From NCBI GenBank assembly GCA_965232515.1, contig CBDDPY010000002.1, forward strand, positions 6,560,001 to 6,624,000: a DNA stretch of 64,000 nucleotides, given 5' to 3'. This document shows positions 59,093-64,000 of this stretch, piece by piece. Every line of letters starts with the position of its first letter. Position 1 is the stretch's first letter. Under the pieces are notes generated by a model. It was not told the origin of the DNA. It saw only the letters and a program-made list of their open reading frames with translations, and did not search any database. Made by a program: the position numbers and the translations under genes. The DNA is from Alphaproteobacteria bacterium. GTDB lineage: Bacteria > Pseudomonadota > Alphaproteobacteria > GCA-2731375.

Positions 59093-60073
59093 TCAGACCT
59101 CCCGCGGGTCGAGGCCGATATGGATCAGCGTCTCGCCGTTCGCCATCACCGGTCCCGGATGGATCGCCAGCACGACGCCGGCATGCGGGCTTTTCGCTTC
59201 GCCGTCCGGCGCGCCGTAGAGGTCGTAGTACTGGCCCAGCACGGTGCCTTCCTCGATCCGGTCGCCGCATTTCACCTGCCGCTGGAACAGACCACCCCGC
59301 GTCGACATCACCCAGGCGAAGTTCGAGAAGTAGGTCAGCGGGCCATGGTCGGTGACATCGCCTGGCAGCATGCCGAGATGCCGCATCACGTTGCGCAGCC
59401 GCTCGCTGCCGTCCAGGACCAGTTCCGGATCGAAGGCCGGCCCCTTGCCGCCGGCCTCGACGATATAGCCGGGGATGCCGTCGCGGGCCGCCGTCATCAT
59501 CGCCGAGCCGCCGAGAATATCCATCGGCGCCGGCAGCGTGCTGTTGAAGCCGAAGGCCCGGGCGATGCCCTCGGCCTTGTCGCCGACCGCGCCGTCGGCG
59601 TTGGCATAGAGCGCCCAGCGCACATCCGTCGTCATCGCCGTGTGGAAATCGATCAGATAGTCGGCATGCTGCTTCAGCTCCGAATAGATCGCGTGCGCCA
59701 TCTGCTCGGTCAGCGAGCCGTCCGGCTTGCCCGGGAAGCAGCGGTTCAGGTCGCCGCCGCCATAGCCCTCGAACGGGCTCATGCGCTGCTTCCGCCGGAA
59801 CGCCGTCAGGTTCAGGATCGGCAGTGCCACCACGGTGCCGGTCAGTTCGCCGGCGTCCAGGTTGCGGAACATCTCCTGAATGATGAAGGTGCCGCAATAC
59901 TCGTTGCCGTGCACGCAGCCGTGCAGCCACAGCGTCGGCCCATCTTTGGGGCCGCGGCCGATCAGCACCGGGATTTCCACCGGCCGTCCGTCGGGCAGGT
60001 CGCCGACTTTCAGGTGGCCCTTGGCGATACCGGCGGTCTTCGATACGGCCGTTCCAATCTTGATCTCTTGCAT
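59093..60073 (-). CDS. Succinylglutamate desuccinylase/aspartoacylase (M14) paralogue 2
   Basis: HGNE, DLNRCFPG, IDFHT and VEAGG; C-terminal biotinyl-like domain. Confidence 0.88.
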   Translation of the reverse strand: MQEIKIGTAVSKTAGIAKGHLKVGDLPDGRPVEIPVLIGRGPKDGPTLWLHGCVHGNEYCGTFIIQEMFRNLDAGELTGTVVALPILNLTAFRRKQRMSPFEGYGGGDLNRCFPGKPDGSLTEQMAHAIYSELKQHADYLIDFHTAMTTDVRWALYANADGAVGDKAEGIARAFGFNSTLPAPMDILGGSAMMTAARDGIPGYIVEAGGKGPAFDPELVLDGSERLRNVMRHLGMLPGDVTDHGPLTYFSNFAWVMSTRGGLFQRQVKCGDRIEEGTVLGQYYDLYGAPDGEAKSPHAGVVLAIHPGPVMANGETLIHIGLDPREV

Positions 60074-60099
60074 GACTGTTCGTTCCTTCCTGGCCGGTA

Positions 60100-61080
60100 T
60101 CAGATGTCGCGCGGGTTGAGGCCGAGATGCATCAGGATGTCGCCCGTCGGCATCAGCGGCCCGCAATTGATCGCCAGCACGATGCCGGCATGCGGACTGC
60201 GCGGTTCCTCGACGACATCGCCGAAGACGTCGAAATAGCGGCCCAGCACCGTGCCTTCCTCGATCCGCTGGCCGCAGGCGACGGCCGGTTGGAACAGGCC
60301 GCCGCGCGTGGCGTTGATCCAGGCGAAGGTCGAGAAGTCGTATTGCGGCCCGTAGTCGGTCACGTCGCCCGCCAGCATGCCGAGATGCCGCATGACGTTG
60401 CGCAGCCGCTCGGCCGCGTCCGTCACGGTCTCGCGGTCGAAGGCCTGGCCGATGCCGCCGGCCTCGATGATGAAGCTCGGGATGCCGTCCTTCGCCGCCG
60501 TCATCAGCGCCGAGCCGCCGAGGATGTCCATCGGCGCCGGCAGTGTGCTCTTGTAGCCGAAGGCGCGCGCGATGCCGGCGCCCTTGTCGCCGACCTCGCC
60601 CTCGGCATTGGCGTAGAGCGCCCAGCGCACGTCCACCGTCAGCGCCGTGTGGATGTCGATCAGATAATCGGCGTGCTGCTTCATGTGGCCGTAAACGATG
60701 TGGGCCATCTGCTCGGTCAGCGAGCCGTCCGGCTTGCCCGGGAAACAGCGGTTCATGTCGCCGTAGCCGAAGGCCTCGAACGGGCTCACGCGCTGGTTGC
60801 GCTGAAAGCCGGTCAGGTTCAGCACCGGCAGCGCGATGATGGTGCCGTCGAGCGCGTCCGCGTCGACGGTGCGCAGCACCTCGTGCAGGATAAAGGTGCC
60901 GCAATACTCGTCGCCATGCACGCAGGCCTCCATCCACAAGGTGGGGCCGTCGCCCTTGCCGCGCAGGATCACGACGGGAATGTTGATCGGCGCGCCGTCC
61001 GGCATGTCGGCGACATGCAGGTCGCCCTTGGCGATGCCGGTGGAAGTTGAGACCGCGGTCCCGATCCTGATGTCGTCCAT
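60100..61080 (-). CDS. Succinylglutamate desuccinylase/aspartoacylase (M14) paralogue 1
   Basis: HGDE, DMNRCFPG, IDIHT and IEAGG. Confidence 0.88.
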   Translation of the reverse strand: MDDIRIGTAVSTSTGIAKGDLHVADMPDGAPINIPVVILRGKGDGPTLWMEACVHGDEYCGTFILHEVLRTVDADALDGTIIALPVLNLTGFQRNQRVSPFEAFGYGDMNRCFPGKPDGSLTEQMAHIVYGHMKQHADYLIDIHTALTVDVRWALYANAEGEVGDKGAGIARAFGYKSTLPAPMDILGGSALMTAAKDGIPSFIIEAGGIGQAFDRETVTDAAERLRNVMRHLGMLAGDVTDYGPQYDFSTFAWINATRGGLFQPAVACGQRIEEGTVLGRYFDVFGDVVEEPRSPHAGIVLAINCGPLMPTGDILMHLGLNPRDI

Positions 61081-61130
61081 GCTGTTTTTCCCTACCGTTG
61101 CCTGTTGCTGTTGATGGTTTTGTCGGACGT

Positions 61131-61895
61131 TCACACCCGCATGATCTTGCGCAAGCCGACCAGACGCTCGACGATCAGGCCGAGCGCGATGATCAGCAGG
61201 ATCTGCACCGTGGTAATGGCGGCTACTACCGGCGTGCTTTCCCACTGCATGTACGAGAAGATCTCGATCGGCAGCGTCGTGCGCCCCGGCCCGGACAGGA
61301 ACAGCGCGATATAGACGTCGCCGAACGAGACGATGAAGGCGAAGATCAGCGCCGACAGCAGGCCGGGCGCGATCAGCGGAATGACCACCTCCCACAGCGT
61401 GCGCAGGCGCGAGGCGCCGAGCGTCATCGCCGCCAGCTCCAACTGTGCGTCGACGCCTTCCAGGCTGGCGATGATGCCGGCAATGGTGAACGGCAGGCAG
61501 ATCACGATATGACCGACGATCAGCCCGCCCAGTTCCGGGAACGGCACGATAGTCAGCGCCAGCAGCAGCGAGATGCTGATCAATATGTGCGGAATCATGA
61601 TCGGCAGCAGGGCCAGCGACTGTCCGGCCTCGCGCCGACGGCCGAGGAAACGCACGATGCCATAGGCCGTCAGGAACCCGATCACGGTGGCGCCGACGGC
61701 AGCGATGGCGCCCAGCCATAGGCTGAACTTGAAGGCGTCGACGAAGCCGCCGCTCTCCATGAACTTGGCGTACCAGCGCAGCGAAAACCCGGTCGGCGGG
61801 AAAGAGTTGGATTCGGTCGGGTTGAACGAGGTGAAGATGATGATCACGACAGGCGCCAGCAGGAACACGTAGATCACCGTCACCAGCGCGCCCAT
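61131..61895 (-). CDS. PotC-like ABC permease (start may extend to GTG 61994)
   Basis: GFSLRWY, LELAAMTLGA, SFGD and TLPIEIF. Confidence 0.88.
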   Translation of the reverse strand: MGALVTVIYVFLLAPVVIIIFTSFNPTESNSFPPTGFSLRWYAKFMESGGFVDAFKFSLWLGAIAAVGATVIGFLTAYGIVRFLGRRREAGQSLALLPIMIPHILISISLLLALTIVPFPELGGLIVGHIVICLPFTIAGIIASLEGVDAQLELAAMTLGASRLRTLWEVVIPLIAPGLLSALIFAFIVSFGDVYIALFLSGPGRTTLPIEIFSYMQWESTPVVAAITTVQILLIIALGLIVERLVGLRKIMRV

Positions 61896-61983
61896 GGCAT
61901 AGCGGCCGGCGGCGGGCGTGGCGAACCGCAACGGTCGGCCGTGCAGGCCGACTCCGGGCGCCGCCGACAGACCGGCTGTGCGG

Positions 61984-62832
61984 TCAGCCGGCACGGCGAC
62001 GGCCTCCACGGAAGTACAGGAAGATGATGCTGAACTGGCACAGCACCAGGATCGAGGCGACGGCCGACGCGAACGGCCAGTTCAGCGTCGACAGCACCAG
62101 GTCGTAGATCGTCTGGCCCAGCATCTGCACGTTCTTGCCGCCCAGCAGGGCCGGCGTGACCACGGCGCCGGCGGTCAGCGTGAAGACCAGCGCCGAGCCC
62201 ATCAGGATGCCTGACCGGCTGAGCGGCAGCGTCACCTCGAAGAAGGTGCGCCAACGGCCGGCGCCGAGCGTCGCCGCCGCTTTCTCGACATTCGGGTCCT
62301 GGCCCGCCAGTGACGAGAACAGCGGGAACACCATGTAGGGCATCAGGATATGGACCAGCGCGATCAGCACCGCCAGCTCGGTCTCCAGGATCTTCACCGG
62401 CCGGTCGACCAGGCCTAGCCACAACAGCGTCGTGTTGACCGTGCCCTGCGCGCCCAGCAGCACGATCCAGCCATAGGTGCGCACGATGACGCCGGTCATC
62501 AGCGGCGCGATCACCAGGAACATCAGCACGCCGCGCCAGACGCTGCGCGTGCGGGCCAGGAAATAGGCCAGCGGATAGCCCAGCAGCAGGCTGAACAACG
62601 CGGTCAGCCCGGCGATCTTCAGCGTCCGCAAAATGATGGCGCGGTAATAGTCCTCGCCCAGCAGGCGGGCGAAGTTCTCGCCCGTCACCATCGGCTCGTA
62701 GAGCTCCATGGGCGAATAGCGAAACACGCTCATCATCAGGAAGAAGCTGATCGGCGCCAGCAGGAACAGCAGATAAAGCACCGTGATCGGCGCGAACAGC
62801 GCCCGACCGAAATTGCCGATCCGCTCCTGCAC
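61984..62832 (-). CDS. PotB-like ABC permease
   Basis: GYPLAY, VRTYGW, EKAAATLGA, PALLGG and NWPFASA. Confidence 0.9.
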   Translation of the reverse strand: MQERIGNFGRALFAPITVLYLLFLLAPISFFLMMSVFRYSPMELYEPMVTGENFARLLGEDYYRAIILRTLKIAGLTALFSLLLGYPLAYFLARTRSVWRGVLMFLVIAPLMTGVIVRTYGWIVLLGAQGTVNTTLLWLGLVDRPVKILETELAVLIALVHILMPYMVFPLFSSLAGQDPNVEKAAATLGAGRWRTFFEVTLPLSRSGILMGSALVFTLTAGAVVTPALLGGKNVQMLGQTIYDLVLSTLNWPFASAVASILVLCQFSIIFLYFRGGRRRAG

Positions 62833-62833
62833 C

Positions 62834-63934
62834 TCAGGCCTCCTTCGGCAGGACCCGGCAGTCCTGCAGATCGACCCAGACCGCCGCGTCGGGACCGATG
62901 TCGCGGTAGCGCGCGACGCTCGGCTTCGACGCGACCAGCTCATGGCCGTTCTCGGTGCGCAGCGTGAAGGCCAGCAGATCGCCCGAGAACACGCGCTTGG
63001 TCACGGTCGCCGGCACCGCGCCGTTGCCGGGCGGCGCCGTCGCCACGTCGACCCGCTCGGGCCGCACCATCAGATAGACCTTGTCGCCGCTGCGCGCGCC
63101 GCCGCCCGGCATGCGCGCCGGATAGCGGCCGCCGACCGCGGCGTCGACCACGGCCTCGCCGTCGGTCACGTCGGCGACGACGCCCTCGATCAGGTTGGCT
63201 TCGCCGATGAACTCGGCGGCAAACCGCGTGGCCGGGCTGTCATAGAGTTCTTCCGGACTGGCGACCTGCTCGATCCGGCCCTGGTTCATCAGGATCACCC
63301 GGTCCGACATCTCGAAGGCCTCGTCCTGATCGTGCGTGACGAAGACCGTGGCGATGCCGAGCCGTTGCTGGATCTCGCGCAGGTCCAGGCGCATGCGCTT
63401 GCGCAGCACCGCGTCCAGATTCGACAACGGCTCGTCCAGCAGCAAGAGCGTCGGCTCGATCACCAGCGCCCGGGCCAGCGCCACCCGCTGCCGCTGGCCG
63501 CCGCTCAACTGGTCCGGATAGCGCTGTTCGACGCCGGGCAGGCCGACCACGTCCAGCATGCGCCCGACCCGGTCCCTGATCTCGTCCTTGGGCAGCCTGC
63601 GCATGCGCAGCCCGAAACCGACATTGTCGAAAACGGACTTGTGCGGAAACAGCGCATAGTTCTGGAACACCAGACCCATGTCGCGGTGCTGCGGATCGAG
63701 ACGGGTGATGTCGCGTTCGCCGAACCGCAGCGTGCCCTCGTCGGGAAACAAGAGGCCGGCGATGATATGCAGCGTCGTCGTCTTGCCGCAGCCCGACGGG
63801 CCGAGGAGGGTGAGCAGCTCACCCTCCATCACGTCGATATCGACGGGACCGACGCCGAGCGCGCTGCCATAGCGCTTCAGTACGCCGCGCAGCTCGAGCG
63901 TCGCGTTCGGCATCGTCGCCCCCGTCACCGTCAT
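62834..63934 (-). CDS. PotA-like ABC ATPase with TOBE domain
   Basis: GPSGCGKTT, FQNYALFPH, LSGGQRQR, DEPLSNLD and RPE. Confidence 0.92.
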   Translation of the reverse strand: MTVTGATMPNATLELRGVLKRYGSALGVGPVDIDVMEGELLTLLGPSGCGKTTTLHIIAGLLFPDEGTLRFGERDITRLDPQHRDMGLVFQNYALFPHKSVFDNVGFGLRMRRLPKDEIRDRVGRMLDVVGLPGVEQRYPDQLSGGQRQRVALARALVIEPTLLLLDEPLSNLDAVLRKRMRLDLREIQQRLGIATVFVTHDQDEAFEMSDRVILMNQGRIEQVASPEELYDSPATRFAAEFIGEANLIEGVVADVTDGEAVVDAAVGGRYPARMPGGGARSGDKVYLMVRPERVDVATAPPGNGAVPATVTKRVFSGDLLAFTLRTENGHELVASKPSVARYRDIGPDAAVWVDLQDCRVLPKEA

Positions 63935-63941
63935 CGGCCGT

Positions 63942-64000
63942 TCAGCCCGCGACCACCTCCTTGTCCCAGCGCGACTTGATCTGGTCGCGATAGGCGAACA
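63942..64000 (-). CDS. C-terminal end of a probable PotD-like solute-binding protein (partial)
   Basis: Reads ..FAYRDQIKSRWDKEVVAG* immediately upstream of the ATPase. Confidence 0.55.
   Translation of the reverse strand, partial: FAYRDQIKSRWDKEVVAG

Noticed and set aside
54255-61719. Apparent fusion or extended ORFs 54255-56105, 59093-60937 and 60100-61719 (also 33895-35988 and 43142-44503)
   Set aside because: Extensions are off-frame readings of upstream genes; the real starts are internal.

Overview
High-GC (roughly 65-70%) alphaproteobacterial chromosome segment, probably Rhodospirillales-like. (1) 1-25.9 kb: a near-complete exosortase A / PEP-CTERM-associated exopolysaccharide locus: nucleotide-sugar dehydrogenase, GT4 enzymes, Wza, split Wzc, outer-membrane barrel, ATPase, deacetylase, FemAB, XrtA-EpsI, amidotransferase, priming glycosyltransferase and PrsK/PrsR/PrsT. 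No canonical PEP-CTERM substrate is visible, but one orphan inside the locus has a sorting-signal-like tail. (2) 26-42.6 kb: mixed genes (IalB-like, a catalytically degenerate SNase homologue, folE, YciI/ECF42 with its own promoter, crotonase plus two tandem feruloyl-CoA-synthase-like ligases, EipA, secreted caspase-SH3, cysQ, ornithine decarboxylase, speD with a structured leader). (3) 42.8-47.8 kb: an ArsR - DUF1127 - ArsP - PhnDCE - methyltransferase unit with a duplicated palindromic operator. This is my best candidate for an undescribed system (arsenic/phosphorus crosstalk or organoarsenical handling). (4) 48-64 kb: GNAT, citryl-CoA-lyase-like, YcaQ, fdhD-mobA, aldolase/SDR, and a minus-strand catabolic cluster with two ABC transporters, two M14 deacylases and an amidohydrolase. 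Five short palindromic repeat families occur at 39.6-56.3 kb. I found no rRNA, tRNA, CRISPR array, transposase or integrase. All calls are from motif recognition by eye; no database searches were run.
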